Below, piece by piece: positions 12,150-26,427 of a stretch of 64,000 nucleotides of DNA; within the stretch, counting starts at the first letter, position 1, and the number at the start of each line of letters is the position of its first letter. Source of the stretch: Octopus vulgaris (lineage: Eukaryota); NCBI GenBank assembly GCA_951406725.2, contig OX597819.1, positions 47,988,001-48,052,000 on the forward strand. Reading direction: 5' to 3'. The position numbers were made by a program, and so were the translations under genes. Under the pieces are notes generated by a model that saw only the letters and a program-made list of their open reading frames with translations, did not search any database and was not told the origin of the DNA.

Positions 12150-13370
12150 CATCAAAGTTAGTGCCATTACAATGCAACACATTTTTGCCAATGAGTTACA
12201 AATTTGTTTATTCCAATAACATAAAAACCTGGAGCTGATGAACTCTTTGAATGCACTTTCAGCATAGGTTTGATTTTTGAACACCTTCTCTCGCAGGAAA
12301 CCATCAAGGTGCTTGCAAAAGTGGTAGTCTGTAGGAGAAAGGTCTGGGAAATAAGCTGGGTGGAGAAGAACTTTGTAGCCAAGTTCCCTCAACTTCTGGA
12401 GTGTCATTAGTGAAACGTTTGGTCGAGCATTGTTATGAAGACTGATTGGCTCTCTTCTGTTGACCAGTCTGGAATGGAAGAGAAGCAGTTTTTCATTAAT
12501 TTTTGCAAATTCATGGCAAAATGTTTCTGCAGTAATGATTTTTCCAGGTTTTAAGAAGTTATAGTAGATGAGTCCAGCACCAAACAATCACCATAACTTT
12601 TTTTTTGAAGAGCTCAGGTTTAGGGAAGGTTTTCAGTGCTTCATTTTGGCCCAACCACTGTGAAGAACGTTTTTTATTATTGTACAGAATCTACTTTTCA
12701 TCGCAAGTTACAATACAGTCAAGAAATGGATCAGTCTGGTTATGGAGAAGAAGTGTAGAGCAAATTTCATATCTGTGCATTTTCTGATTTTCATTCAAAT
12801 CAAGCTTTTTTGATTTTCCAATCATATGCAAATGGTTGTAGGCAGTTTTCTGGCTAACTTGAAGTTCTTTTGCCAGTTCTAGAGTGGTTTTACATGGATC
12901 TTTCTCAAGTAGATGGGAGTCTACTACACTCACAATCTTCAAGGCTCAGATCTCCACTGTAAAATTGTTTGACCCTTTTGTTACTGTATTTATTTTGAGA
13001 TGCTCTGTGTTTCTTTCAATTACTTTAAATATGATAAAGAATTTAGTAAAATAACTTAGTTATCATTAAGCTAATGTTAGGAACATAAATTGTGACTAAG
13101 GTTTGGTGGAAGATTTTAATTCAAAACTTATGGAAACAAGACATTTGTACTCAGAGCCAGAGCCGGTTTCAGCCGGGTTGGTATCGAAAGGGTTAAACCA
13201 TTTTCAAGCTGACCACTCACTGGTCATTTCTTCACAAAACATTTCGGTGATATTACGAGCAGTTTCAGTTGCTTTATGTTCTTTTTTGAAGTTGAATAGC
13301 AAAATTGCTCAAATATTGTGCTTTGACAGTTCCATTTCAGACGATTGTAACAATGGTGAAAAAAATAGTT
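12150..13370 (-). mobile_element. Decayed mariner (DD34D) transposase
   Basis: HTH remnant TTLELAKELQVSQKTAYNHLHMIGK plus motifs IVTCDEK, LHNNARP and HPAYFPDLSPTDYHF. Frameshifted and interrupted by a MITE. Confidence 0.9.
12973..13192. mobile_element. piggyBac-type MITE nested in the mariner
   Basis: Ends are TTGA|CCCTTTTGTTAC ... GTATCGAAAGGG|TTAA (CCC/GGG termini, TTAA-like target). Related pieces lie near 14783, 15520-15663 and 54781-54990. Confidence 0.65.
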
Positions 13371-15919
13371 ATTTTATGGATGCATTTGGGTAAGTCTATG
13401 TCTGTATTATCAGACAATTACAAAAAAAATGTTTTAAAAAAATTCAAAACTGCAAAAATCTGGTATAAATTCTTCATGGTTCAAAACATTGTTTACTTTT
13501 TCTCAACCTGATATAAACATATATATGTATTTTTATATGTGTGTGCATGTATACTTGCACACATGCATACATACATGCATCTACACACATACATACATAT
13601 ATACATACATACACATAACACACACACACACACACACATATATTTGCTCTTAAAGTTAACGAGTTAACCTCGTTCTCATCCAACCCAGTAAATAAATGAT
13701 ACATTTGTACAGAAAACAGCAACCTTTTGGTAGTTGTTCAGAAGCGTTACAAGCAAGTCATCTGATCCTATACCTTTGCTTCAGGATTTATAATTAATTT
13801 TTTTTTTATGAATGCTTTCTTCTTTTATTTTTATTGCTTTATTTAAAAAAAGATTTTTTTCTCATTTAACAACAGTCAATATAAATAAAGGAGAATTCTT
13901 CTGACTTGTTTTTTCAAGCTGTAAACTAAACCTGATAGAAACAATATTCACCAATTGACATTCAAGGCCAACTCAGAACAATCAATATTTTTGCAACTAT
14001 TTCCCTATATAGTAATCTAAAGAAAGAAATGAAATAAAATGAGTAGGAAAAAAAAGAAAAACAAAACCATAAAACGCAAAAAGTATAGCATCAAGGTTTC
14101 TTTCCAGGCATTTAATTACTATTTTATGGCCTCTGTATGGATTGCTATATATTTTTTTATTATTCCAGTTATTTTTTTCTTTTTGTTTTCTTTAACTAAC
14201 CTAGTTCCGTTGTCATTGATAGAATTCAGCCAATAATTCTTCATATATCTTCTGTATTTAAAGTATTTATATTGACGTTGATAGAATTTGGCCAATATAT
14301 TTTTGCTATATAGTTTCCTTGCAGCTTAAGCTAAGCGTTAAGCAGCTGCTGGTAACACTTGTAATGGCTACTATATATAACTATTTCATCAATAAACTAC
14401 TGTTGTCAGAGAGTTCAAAGTAAAGCAAAAAGGATAAGGTATGAAAAATATACAAGACAGGAGGTTTAGATTTGAATATTATGTAATTTTTGATAGAGAA
14501 AATTTTACATGTTGTTAACTATTCTGAATTTACACTCATCTGCTTGTGAATATTTTTATCATCTAGTACATTGCAGTAAGAACAATAATGCAGTAGAATG
14601 CTGAACTGAATGCTTAATGCCATCTAGTCCAATATTATTTATCCATTATATTTCATAACGCAAATTGTGAACAACAGCATCATTGATTACAGGTTTCCAA
14701 TGACCCAATTGGTGACATTTCTAATGGCAAGAACGACAAGGAAGTATCTGCAACTTTGGTATCTCAAGGGGCTTCGTTCTAAACCCTTTTCTTACCATAT
14801 TTCTGTTGAATCACATTGTCTTTGTTTCAACTAATTTTGGAAAGAATGAAGAATTTAGTAAGATTTTTAGATGCAGAACATATGTGTCAGTGGCCAGGTT
14901 GCAGCTTTGAGTAACAAAAATTTTAACACTATATTACAAATAAATGTTTAAGAGAAATTAATGGTCTTTGAGTATTTTTGAATGGCTACCTTGTGTCTTA
15001 CATGCTGCAATCATTTTAGTTTCAACACACGATCTTAGATCAAAACACTTGCATGCAAGTACATCTCTGTAACTTTATCATAATTAACTTTTTCACAGTG
15101 AAATTAAATTTCATGGTTATTCCGATAATGAAGTTAAATTTCTACCAAAACAATAGAATCAGTATTTTCTGTCTTAGTAAACTAGACATGCCATGTTAAA
15201 AGCACTGGTGCTGGTGCCACACAAGAAACACTCAGTAAGTACACTCTGTGGAGTGGTTATCATTAGAAAGGGCATCCAGCCACAGAAACCAAACCAGAAC
15301 AGACAATGGAGCCTGGTGTGGCTTCTGGCCTTTCCAGTGCTGGTCGAACCATCCAACCCAAGCCAGCATAGAAAATGGATGTTAAATGATGATGATGATG
15401 ATGACAATGACAATAGTTTCAAACCTGACACTCATAAACAAAATCTAAATCTAAATATAAAGCTGCTTCCCACAGTTAAGGGTAATGAAATTTTGAGAGG
15501 ATATATTTACTTTCTGTAGTAAAAGGGCTAAGCTAGTGTTTGGAACATAAATCAAAATGGAATTTTGATTTATGAAAGGTTTTAATTTATTTCACTTTAA
15601 AACAGGAAATTTGTATCATAGAACGAAGGGTGGTTTCGGGCAAGTTGGTATCAAAAGGATTAAGTACTCTATGCTTCCTAAGAGTCTCGCATCTTTTATT
15701 TGCTTTTGTCATTAGACAACATCCATGCTAAGACATCACAGGAAAATGTTTGAGTCAAACAAATTGCCCTCAGTACTTATTTTATCAGTCTCTTTTGACA
15801 AACTGCTAAGTTACATAAACAAACCAACATTGATTATCAAGCAGTGGGAGAACAAATATAAACATAAAGGTTTATATGCATACATGTCTACACATATATA
15901 TACACACATGCATATATGT

Positions 15920-16518
15920 ATTTGAGAGAAAAACTGGGTATCTGAGGCGTCAGATGTAGCGTACAAGAGAGAAGACTGCATTGGTATTGTCATGTAATGT
16001 GTATGAATGAAGACAGTTGCATCAAGAGGTGCCAATCTTTAATTGTAGAGAGAACATGTGGAAGCGGTAGATTCAGGAAGACATGGAATGAAGTGGTGAG
16101 AAAGGAGAAAGGATCTACAGATGCTGGGACTCACAGAGGGTATGGCAGGGGACTGAGACACCTGGCAGTTTGCTGTACTTGCAAAGACATGTCAAGCTAA
16201 GTAAAAGCATGGTTGTCTTTGCATACTGGCTGTCCCCTGCATCCCTCTCCGGCTGAGCATTCCTAACCTTGCAGGTTTGTGGGTGCTGGTGCTACGTAAA
16301 AAAACCACCTGTATTCGTGCCATGTTAACACCATCATGCCGGTGCTGTGTAAAAGCACCTAGTACCCTCTGTAAAGTGGTTGGTGTTAGGAAGGGCATCC
16401 AGCCATAGAAACCATGCCAAAACAGACACAGAACCTGGGTAGCTCTTTAGCTGGCCAGCTTCTGTCAAACAGTCAAACCCATGCCAACATGGAAAACGGA
16501 TGTTAAATGATGATGATG

Positions 16519-16520
<2 letters not shown>
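15920..16520 (+). mobile_element. Older RTE LINE 3' end with (TGA)n tail
   Basis: MNEDSCIKRCQSLIVERTCGSGRFRKTWNEVV is homologous to 1639-1911 and has the same 3' tail. Tail-only copies also lie at about 7241 (-), 10875 (-), 11775 (-), 15200 (+), 19800 (-), 22605 (-) and 42260 (+). Confidence 0.8.
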
Positions 16521-16553
<33 letters not shown>

Positions 16554-16557
<4 letters not shown>

Positions 16558-16806
16558 GTAGCGTGGAAGGTGTTTATAAGGCCATTTAAGAAACACACAA
16601 AAACCATTAGATTCACTTCAACATTTTATATTAAATTTGTCAAAATATGTTCATTACTTTGAGACTGCGACCTGTTCATTGACAATATTCCATGCTGAAT
16701 CTCAAAGCGACGAAAATATTTTGACAAATTAAGTTTAAATGTTGAAGTGAATCTAACGGTTTTTGTGTGTTTCTTAAATGGCTTGTAAACACCTTCCACG
16801 CTGCAA
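16554..16806. repeat. Inverted repeat, about 95-bp arms around an about 60-bp spacer
   Basis: AATTGTAGCGTGGAAGGTGTTTA...TTTGTCAAAATAT is matched by ATATTTTGACAAA...TAAACACCTTCCACGCTGCAATT. Confidence 0.85.
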
Positions 16807-19800
16807 TTGTTTTCATTCCAGCACACGATCTCAGATCAGGTCACTTGCTATGCAAGTACATCTCTAAAATATATATATATATATTTATATTGTCAAATAG
16901 TATATTTCTGGTTATGGCACATCATATCAATGTGGAAGTTCTCCCAGGACACAGACCAGGGTGGAGACAACCTCAGCCAGGACTAACACAGCATGGGTGC
17001 AAGTGACAGGCATGATATTAAGACTAGCTCTCAGCATTACCTTTTGAGAAGAGTAAGAGGCTGAGCTGGATAAGCTGGGGAACCATAAAACCTACTACGG
17101 AAAATAAACTGTGATCTTGAATCCCATGCAGACGAAGCTTATGAGTGTAGGAAGCAGTGCAATCGCCTCAGTAAAAAGAACCCCAATAAAAAAAACAACC
17201 CCCTCTTTGAGCTTAGGGTTGATCATCTGATTCTGAAAAATACTTCAGATTACAAAATCTCCAAACACTCAGGAGAATCCTCAACATTTTGAAGTGGCAG
17301 TGGTTCCTAACCTGGAAAGAGGAAGCATGATACACTTGAATGAAAGCGGAGAGGAAGCTCAGGGGTTGATTACACCACTTGTAAGTCCATGGATAGAATT
17401 TGTCACAGGGAATTAGAATTCTAGGAAAGATCCTTGCAACAACTGTATAAGAGCCATGATAATAGCACAGATCCCTAAAGGAAGGTGGAAGCACAAAAGA
17501 ACCAAGAACAGATGGGGAAGAACAGTTAAAAAAGAGGAATGGGTTGATAGATGGGGAACATAGAACCAGGTGCAACCCACAGCCATTGACAGAGCAGCAT
17601 AGAGAGAGAGGGGGGAGGGAGAGGGAGAGGGAGACAGACAGACAGACAGAGAAAAAAAAAGCCTTATGTACCATCTGTGGAAAGAAGAAGATATCCTCTA
17701 AAAAAGTAGGATGGTTATAACTGGAATATCTTTAATTCTATATCTGCTCAATGAAAGATGACCTAGGATTACATAACAACAACCTTGAAAGTATAAAGTT
17801 GTTTGTGAACAATCAGGCAAAACAGCTAAAAAAAAGACTAGCAATACAATACAGTGGCAGTAGTAAGATATGAACTTGTAACCATTTGGTGATTAGTCCA
17901 ATACCTTAAGTACACAGCTATTGTGTCTTTGCAGCTATTATTATCAAGTATTTTTTCAAGGTCAACTTTATCTTTCATTTTCTTGGAATTGATAAAATAA
18001 GTACCGATCAAGTATCAGGGTGTGTGTAATCAACTTCCCGTTCCCCACAAAAACTACTGGCCCTGTGGTAAGATTTGAAACCATTTTCAAGTGAATGCCG
18101 ACTGGTATGATTTCTGATGATCTTTATATATTCAATAGTTTTTACCTTTGTCAAAGAAAAGATTCAACAATCCACAGATAAAACTTGCCCTATATATGCG
18201 TTTTTCTGTGTTGAATTTTCATCACTCAACCAGTATTCCAGCTGTAACAATCCCAACTTTTCGGGCATGTTATATCCAGGACTAGGTTATCTTGTATAGT
18301 CATTCAAAAAAGAATGAGGTTTGAAAGAAATTTTGCTGCTATTTCAATCAAGCAGAATGTCACATAAAGGCCCCCATCAGCAATTTTAGCAAGATATTAG
18401 CTAGACAGATCAGAAGTTTGTGTGGAATAGAATGATTAACAAACAATAAAGATTTAGGACTAAGAAATAATAAACCTAAGTTAGTCTCCTCTGTAATGAA
18501 GCCATAAGAGGTGGAAAGAACTATAGTTATTGTAACACACCAGTTTGACAGGAAATCCTCACAACAAAGAACTAATATAAAGCCACTATTTATTTCACTG
18601 ATATTCACTGAATAAAGGAGAAAGATTACTTCATGTAGGATTTTCTGATGGTACCCACTTGTTCGGCTTTTTTTTTTTATGAAATTGTATCATTTGGTTA
18701 TGTATTCATGATAATGTTGGTTTCATCTACATGAATTATATTATAAGTAAGAATAAATATGATGTGGGACAATGCTTTTATTTTAGTTCACTTTCACACA
18801 CACACACATTTGTGTGAATCCGCGCACGTGCGTGCGTGTATGCATGTATATGAATGCAGAAAGGTAGTATGGAAAAGAGGAACACTAAATAAATGATGTT
18901 GATGATGTCATTTGCAGTCACACCCAAATACACACACATATATATCCATATAATTCTCAGTTGTGATGGAAAAACTTATATATGATACCTTAAAAGCATC
19001 TAAAGCAATTAATATGCATTAACGTATTAAATGCAATAAGTTTTCTGAGGTTTTTTTTTCTTTAAAAAAGTGTCCAAGTTTCATGTTTAAGTTTTTAGTA
19101 GCTATATAACAATATGGTTGAGGTAGATTGACTGAAACTATGAGAAAGAAATCGTTAGAAAGAGCAAAACTGCCAGTTATCTCCCTTGCTTATTGTTTTC
19201 AAATTTTTAAGCATCTTAAGAAGGTATTTTTCTCCATTAATTGCTCAGACAATCTCAGTTGGCTGAGGGTTTTTTTCAGCTCACTATATTACATTTGTAA
19301 GGTCTATGCCTAACAGCTAACAGATTTACCATTTTCTTGAGAGTCAGAATAAAAACTGAAAATTTTTTTTTATATTATGGCAAAAGTTTATGCTTAATAA
19401 AGCATCCCCTTGTATATGAACATCAGTTTTTAGATCTGAATTGCCTTAGAAACTTCATAATACCATATGTAACATGCAGTACTGCCCAACAGATACAAGG
19501 GTAAATAATCTATTATCCAATGTATCAGGATTTGACAATTTACTTTATATACAGTTTTTTGAGAAATAATAATCCTTTCTAATTTTGGCACAAGGCCAGC
19601 AATTTTGATGGGCGAGAGAAGTCATTCACTTTGATCCCAGTGCTCAGCTGGTACTAAATTTATCAACCCTGAAAGGATGAAAGGCAAAGTAGACCTCAGC
19701 AACATTTGAACTCAGAATATAAAGAACTGAAAGAAATACTGCTAAGCATTTTGTGCAGTGTAGTTACAAATCTACTAGCATGCTAACTCATATTTATCAT

Positions 19801-21629
19801 CGTAGTCATTTAACATCTGGCATGGGTTGGACGGTTTGACTGGGCTGGCACGCTGGAAGGCTGCACCAGGCTCCAATCTGATTTTGCATGTTTTTCTATG
19901 GCTGGATGCCCTTTGTAACACCAACCACTCCAAGAGTGTAATGGGTACTTTTACGTGCCATCAGCATGGGTGCCATTTGCGTGACACCGGTGTCTGCTAC
20001 GACTGCGATTTTACTCAGCTTGATGGGTCTTCTTCTCAAGCACGATATAATTCCAAAGGTCTTGGTCATTGCTTCTATGAGGCCCACACTTAAAAGGAAC
20101 TTGGCCATTTTGTCTCCATGAGGCTCAAAGCTTGAAAGGAACTCAACCAATTTGCCTCCATCAGGCCCAGCGCTTGACAGGAACCCAGCCACTATGCCTC
20201 AATGCCTTCATATATAATAAGCCTTTCTACAATAAGCATAAAGCCTGAAATTTTGGGGTCAGAGTATGTCAGTTACATCAACCCTGAAACGATGAAAAGC
20301 AAAGTCAACCTTGGTGGAACTTGAACTCAGAATTTATAGACATATGAAATGCTGTTAAGCATTTAGCCCAGCATGCTAATGATACTGCTAGCTCATCACC
20401 TTATATTGATGTATGATAATGGTTTCAAATTTTGGCAAAAGTCCAGTAATTTTGGGTAAGGAGCTAAGCCAACTACATTGCTCAATTGGTACTTATTTTA
20501 TCAACCCCAAGAGGATTAAAGGCACAGTCAACCTCGGTGGAATGTAAATACAGACAGACAAAATGCCACTAAGCAAATTGTCTGGTGAGCTAACAATTCT
20601 GCTAGCTTACTGCTTTATATTGAGGCATAATAATGAGAAATAAACTATAAAATAATCAAGCTTTTATTACATCATTGCATTTTTATATAATAAAAGTTGG
20701 TGAAGGATAACTTTACAGCCTAATAGCTTGGGTTATATATGTACCTCTAACCTTAATATTGATTTTGGTACAAAAAAAAAGCATATAGTATCACAGAGTC
20801 TTACAATCATTTATTGGAAAGAGAAGGGTTATTTATATCTACGACCTTTGTAGACCTTCCTTCTCCTGACTGGTAAAATCACTATAGTTAATGTTTCATT
20901 TCAACTTTTGTAGGTTGGCTAGGATGGTGTAACACAGTGTAAAGACAAAAAAAAAAGAAAAGAAAAGAAAAAAAAGACACAAGTATAACAGGTAGATTAA
21001 GAGGTTCAGTGGCATCTAGACTATCTGATGGGCTTCCAAAACACTGCCTACACAACACACATACATGTATATATACAATATATACATGTACACATATATT
21101 CATAGTAAGGTGCTTGCATAGTTCCAAAGTTAAGAAGTCTGTTTCCCAACCACATGATTTTGGGTTCAATTCCATTGTATGGAACCTTTCACTTTCACTT
21201 TGGGCCAACAAAAGTATTGTGAGTAGATGTAGTTGATGGAAACTGAAAGAAGCCCTTCATATTTGTATATATGTGTGTGTGTTTGTGTCTCCTTGTCTTG
21301 ACATCATGTGACAGTTATAAATGAGTATCACCATCATACAAGTAGTGTCCTGCATTTCCAGTCTTCCATGGATACATGATCAACCATAGAGAAACATTAT
21401 TTTGCTTGGAAACAAATGAGGGTTGGCAACAAGAAGGGCATCTAGGTAACTTACTTAGCAGAGAAGGCAGTTGACATAGTGGAAAAAATTCAGCTATTAT
21501 TTCTATCCTTTGTGAGGTTCAGCCTGTTAAGATCAGGTTTTTATCATTTTCATTGGGAATGATACAAGAAGCTTGCCTCCCTGAACCGTCTACTTTTAAC
21601 TACTTGGTACTTTTTTTTAACCAACTTCT

Positions 21630-22130
21630 CTCTTGCACACTACACGTCTTTTCCTCAGCTTATTTGTGCTTTTGACTTTCATGTTTGCTGACATTACACA
21701 TACAGTACAGCAAACTAGCTTTATTTCTTTCCAATCTTTGTCCATCCTCAGCATTCACTGCCAATATTTTGTAACCATTCAACATCACCATTTATGCTAT
21801 ACACAAGTATCATACAACTTGGCCTTTGTTTAGAGAGAGAATCTTGTTGCCAGCAGAAATAAAAGCTGTCTGAACTTTTTTCCACTCTGTTCTTATGTAG
21901 GATTCTATGCTTTTGGAGCATCACCTTCCACTGCTAATAAGGCCACCTAAGAAGCAGAAGCTCTTGACTGCTATGTGGCCTTCTAAGCATCTGGAAAAGT
22001 CTATTGCATGGATGATCTTCCTATAACAACCCCACACCATGTGTATTTCATCAGCCTGCCACTGTATTTCTTGTGCAGCTATAATTTATAGTGGATGTAC
22101 CATTTGGAATTCCTATCTACTTCTTCTCCA
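21630..22130 (-). mobile_element. Decayed RTE LINE internal fragment
   Basis: The minus strand contains FCFLGGLISSGR (F.YLG motif), and downstream sequence resembles the region encoded at 1513-1620. Confidence 0.6.
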
Positions 22131-22140
22131 CATATTAGTA

Positions 22141-22540
22141 GGCGCAGGAGTGGCTGTGTGGTAAGTAGCTTGTTTACCAACCACATGGATCCGGGTTCAG
22201 TCTCACTGCGTGGCACCTTGGGCAAGTGTCTTCTACTATAGCCTCGAGCCGACCAAAGCCTTGTGAGTGGATTTGGTAGACGGAAACTGAAAGAAGCCCG
22301 TCGTATATATGTATGTGCATGTTTGTTTGTGTGTCTGTGTTTGTCCCCTTAGCATTGCTTGACAACCGATGCTGGTGTGTTTATGTCCCCGTCACTTAGC
22401 GGTTCGGCAAAAGAGACCGATAGAATAAGTACTGGGCTTACAAAGAATAAGTCCTGGGGTCGAGTTGCTCGATTAAAGGCGGTGCACCAGCATGGCCGCA
22501 GTCAAAATGACTGAAACAAGTAAAATGAGAAAAATGAGAA
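22141..22540 (+). mobile_element. Full-length tRNA-derived SINE (family 1)
   Basis: A box TGGCTGTGTGG, B box GGTTCAGTCTC, CCTTGGGCAAGT core, internal (TA/TG)n and tail CCAGCATGGCCGCAGTC..ATGACTGAAACAAGTAAAA. Another full copy lies at 41444-41797, with many partial copies (6750, 7735, 9480-9870, 10170, 40850, 43030). Confidence 0.9.
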
Positions 22541-25500
22541 ATATTGAATATGATTACTTCCCAGATGACAATAGAGTCTTGTAGCACATTTATCATCACT
22601 GTCATCATTTTACATTTCTTTGCTGGCATGGGTTGGATGAGCCCTCACAGTCTGAGTTAGTGCTTGCTTGAAATGATTTCCCTTGTAACACATTGGAGAA
22701 GTATGGCTTGCACACGAATCGCATTTTTGTATGGTTTCTATGGCTGAATGCCTTTCCTAATGTCACACACTTTACAGAGTATACTGGATGCATTTTGTTA
22801 TGGCACCTAGAGAGGTTGTATTAGTTTCAGCAAGACTGGAGTGGTTTTCTCTATCCTACACTGTCTCTGTTCATTTTCCCACCCACTTTATATAGTGTAC
22901 TAGATTCATTTATTGTGACTGTCTTAGAGAGCATCTCTTGTGGCTGTATTAGAGAGCTTACCTTGTCTCAGAAAAGGCTCTATACTGTTTCTGATTGCTC
23001 AAGAACATGAATAGAAGAGAGATCTGAGTCAAGAGGGTGATAGAAAAAAAATTATGAAGAAATAGAAATGTAGGAGTAAGAAGGTGAAAGTGGAGATAGT
23101 AATGAGAGAAAAACAATGAGTGGCAGCTACACATTAATTGTTGGTAAAGAGATTGAATAAAAAACATCAAGAGTGACATGGTGGAAGAGAGAGTGATAGT
23201 ATGGAGACAGGTTGATAGAAGAGTAATGGTAGTAAGTGAAAGAGAGTGATGTATATCAACAGTGAGTGATGGATAGCAATCTTTCTTAACAAGCATGGTA
23301 GTGAAAGGATTGGAGGTGCTGCAATGTAAAAGTTCCTGTTTTAATCTTTTATTATAACTGAGAAAGAGAGAGAGAGTGTGTGTATACACTCACATATGCA
23401 TGAATGTAAACGAGCATTGCCTTCATATGTATTGTTTGTTTCCAATCTCGAGTGAAAACATGTCCAGCTCCGAGGAAATATTACATTGCTTGGAAACAGA
23501 TATGGGTTAGTGATAGGAAAGGTATCCAGTTGTAGAAAAATCTGTTTAGCCCATACTGGGAATGAAAAAGTGGACATTAAAACAATGATGATGATATATA
23601 TGTGTGTGTAGTTTGTTTTATCCATCATCGCAAAAAGCATGATGGAGCACCTTTTATTTTGGTTTGGTCCTGAGGAAGAATCAGCACTCTTGATCTCCAC
23701 AAGTACTTCAATATTGGTGAAACTGATGTTAACGCTCCGCCTATCAACTGCAAGTTGATAGCTTTAAGAAAAATGTGCAGAGAAGGAAATCCCAGTGAGG
23801 GGCCATTCTGAGAAGGAAGAACTTGTAGTGGTTACTGAAGGGTCTTGGACAATAGACACGATGGGGGTGGGAGGTAGCGGGGTTGACATATCAATATCAT
23901 AAAAGGTAGCACAAAATTTTCAAAAAGTAGTGCACCGAGTTTGAAATAGCCCAAAATGAAAATTTTCCTAGTAAATAAAATATGTACGTACAATACGTAC
24001 TACTTCTAGGTTGGTTCTGATTTATAAAGTTGATAATTTAAAAAAAATTATTACTCTTGAAAATTTTAAAATTTACCGAAATTTTGAAAATTAAAAATTT
24101 TTTTTAATTTAGCGAAAAAAAAAAGCAAGAAAAAAGAAGCGCTATTTTAAAAAAAGTAGCGCAATCCGTTACTTGCAGGCTGAATTAGCAACTCTGGTGA
24201 TGAGAGTAGATGGCACGAGACCCACCGGTTCCGAGGAGCAGCTGTTATTATAGTAGCAGTAGAAAAGGCAGAGAGGAGACAGTGTATCTATGGGTCAGAA
24301 GTTGTATATTTGTGAGAGATTTCATGCCAATCAGTTTAGGATGCCTCCATATAGACAGCAGTAGTCCCAGACGTGGGAGCAGTACTGATATGGGTTTTAC
24401 TTGAGCTTTAGTAAACGGCTAGTGGTTAGTTGTTGGGGACAGAAGTACTTTCTGGTTCTCATGAGGAAGGCCGGTTTTTGTGATGTAGTTTTAGCTATGT
24501 TAAGGCTGTGTCAGGAGAGATACTTTAGTGACAGTGAGGCCTGGCATTTGAAGTGACGGAAAGGGTTCTAAATGCGAGTTGATCATGTTTACAGAGTAGA
24601 TGAGGTGCTACGTTGTCTTGATGTTCTATGATTGTTTTCATTACTAGTGAAGGTGACAAAAATTGACATGACCCATTTGGAAGCTGTTTTCGAGGTCACT
24701 GTTGATATCTATATACATACATATGCATAAATATATTTATCTGTATCCAAACACACAAATGTACACACATAGACATATGTATGTGTGTATATATATATAG
24801 ATGGATAGATATATATACATACACATATACACACACACAGACACACTTTCATTCTATATGACCTATAAGAGAGCGACAGAAAGCAGCAGGATGAGATGCG
24901 AGCGTACATAGAAAAACTTTGTGTACGTGTGTCTGTCTTGTCAGCAACTAAGATTCTAGCTCAGATATAAACATGCACACACGCAATTTATAAATATGTA
25001 CTCTCTCTCACTCGCTTTCTGTAAACTGTTGTTACGGTTTTTCATTTTCTTTTGAACTTTGTCAGAACATTTTTAACGACATAACTACGACAATCCAACT
25101 ACATAGAAGAAATATTTTAAAATTAAAAGTAACTTTTTTTTTTTTTGACAAAATTCATTCAGCTGGTTACAATGTTTACGATCTAAACTGGCTATAAATA
25201 TATTACAGCTGAAGCAAATTTGTGGCAGTTACGTTTCTCCTAAAGCATCAACTGCTTTTATTTTGTGTCCAAACCAGTAATAACCATTCATGCTACGTAT
25301 GCGTGTGTGTAGAGTAAAAGATTAGGGTTAACCGTTACGTAATAATTAGATATAAATAAAATTTTTAAATAACGTTCAACAATAAGAAAAACAGAACACG
25401 AATATTTCAATTTCCACAAGTGACTTTATTGTGTGTATATGTTTAATTACACGTATATGATTAATAATAATTAGTTTTGTCGTTTATTAGTATATTTCGA

Positions 25501-26099
25501 ACTTGGTTACGGAACGTAAATATAAACAAATCTATCACTGAACAAATGCGTCGATTTCAATTTAAGGTGTAAGGCATAGTTAACCTTCTGTGATAAACTT
25601 ACAAACAACGTAATTATTTTGAATATGGGATGGAAATGCTTTACTATGTTGTAAAATACAGAAGTTACTACTAGTTGCGAGTAATGATACACAAAGACAA
25701 AACAGCGAACAAAATAACAGGCTTCAATAGTAACAACAGAACGAACGCAGATCGAATTAAAAGCAATTATTCAAACAAAAAGTATAGTAATGTGAGAAGG
25801 TAATAGATAATTCCAGAGTAAATCGAAATAGTAAACAATCAGTAAACAATTCGCAAAATTTAAAGGAATACAGCCAAGCAACTCATACATGCGTAAAACG
25901 TAAACAGTAGTGGTAGTAAGCGCCAACACTCTATGAAGTACTTTCAGATATTAGTTTTTACAGGTTGCTTTTCTGTCTCTCTTTTTTTTTTTCCAGCTAT
26001 ATTTTTATATGGTAGCTTTCCGAAGTGTATATTTACAGAAAAATAATGTAATTATAAATCGCGACATTTATTAGCCCAACGCTAAGACTCACAATATAG

Positions 26100-26427
26100 T
26101 TAAATTGTTCTCCCGCCGGTTAATAGGTCTGAGGTTGAATGAAATAGGCTGCGCGCGCAGACACGCGTGCAGGGTATTGTGGGAGAAGCTTGATGGGTCT
26201 CCAGTCCGCCATGATGAAAGCAACTATTCCCTGCAAATATGATAAAAATATATGGATTACCGCAAGACATATTGAAAACTGGAGTACTGATTTCACTGCT
26301 TAAATATAATTCATGCTGCTGGATTCTACCATTTACTATCTATTTTCACTCCTATCGTTCAGCTACCTTGATGTGGTAGCAAAGCTAGTTTTTGGACCAT
26401 CTCATTAGCATATTTGGGGTCATCACG
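26100..26427 (+). promoter_or_regulatory. EPC promoter / 5' UTR region
   Basis: Local GC/CpG cluster (cccgccgg, gcgcgcgcag, acacgcgtgc) in otherwise CpG-poor DNA, immediately upstream of the EPC ATG and free of recognisable repeats. The TSS cannot be determined from sequence. Confidence 0.65.

Noticed and set aside
16920-17420. GC-richer segment resembling a retrotransposon 5' UTR with a twister-like CTAACAC...GGGTGCAAG
   Set aside because: Too degenerate, and the required pairings could not be verified.
22141-22215. tRNA gene
   Set aside because: The A/B boxes belong to a SINE head followed by SINE body, and there is no proper cloverleaf.
23590-24700. GC-richer blocks resembling a minus-strand LINE endonuclease/RT remnant, with a MITE-like insert at about 23900-24195
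   Set aside because: Probably decayed TE, but I could not read diagnostic motifs well enough to assign a family.
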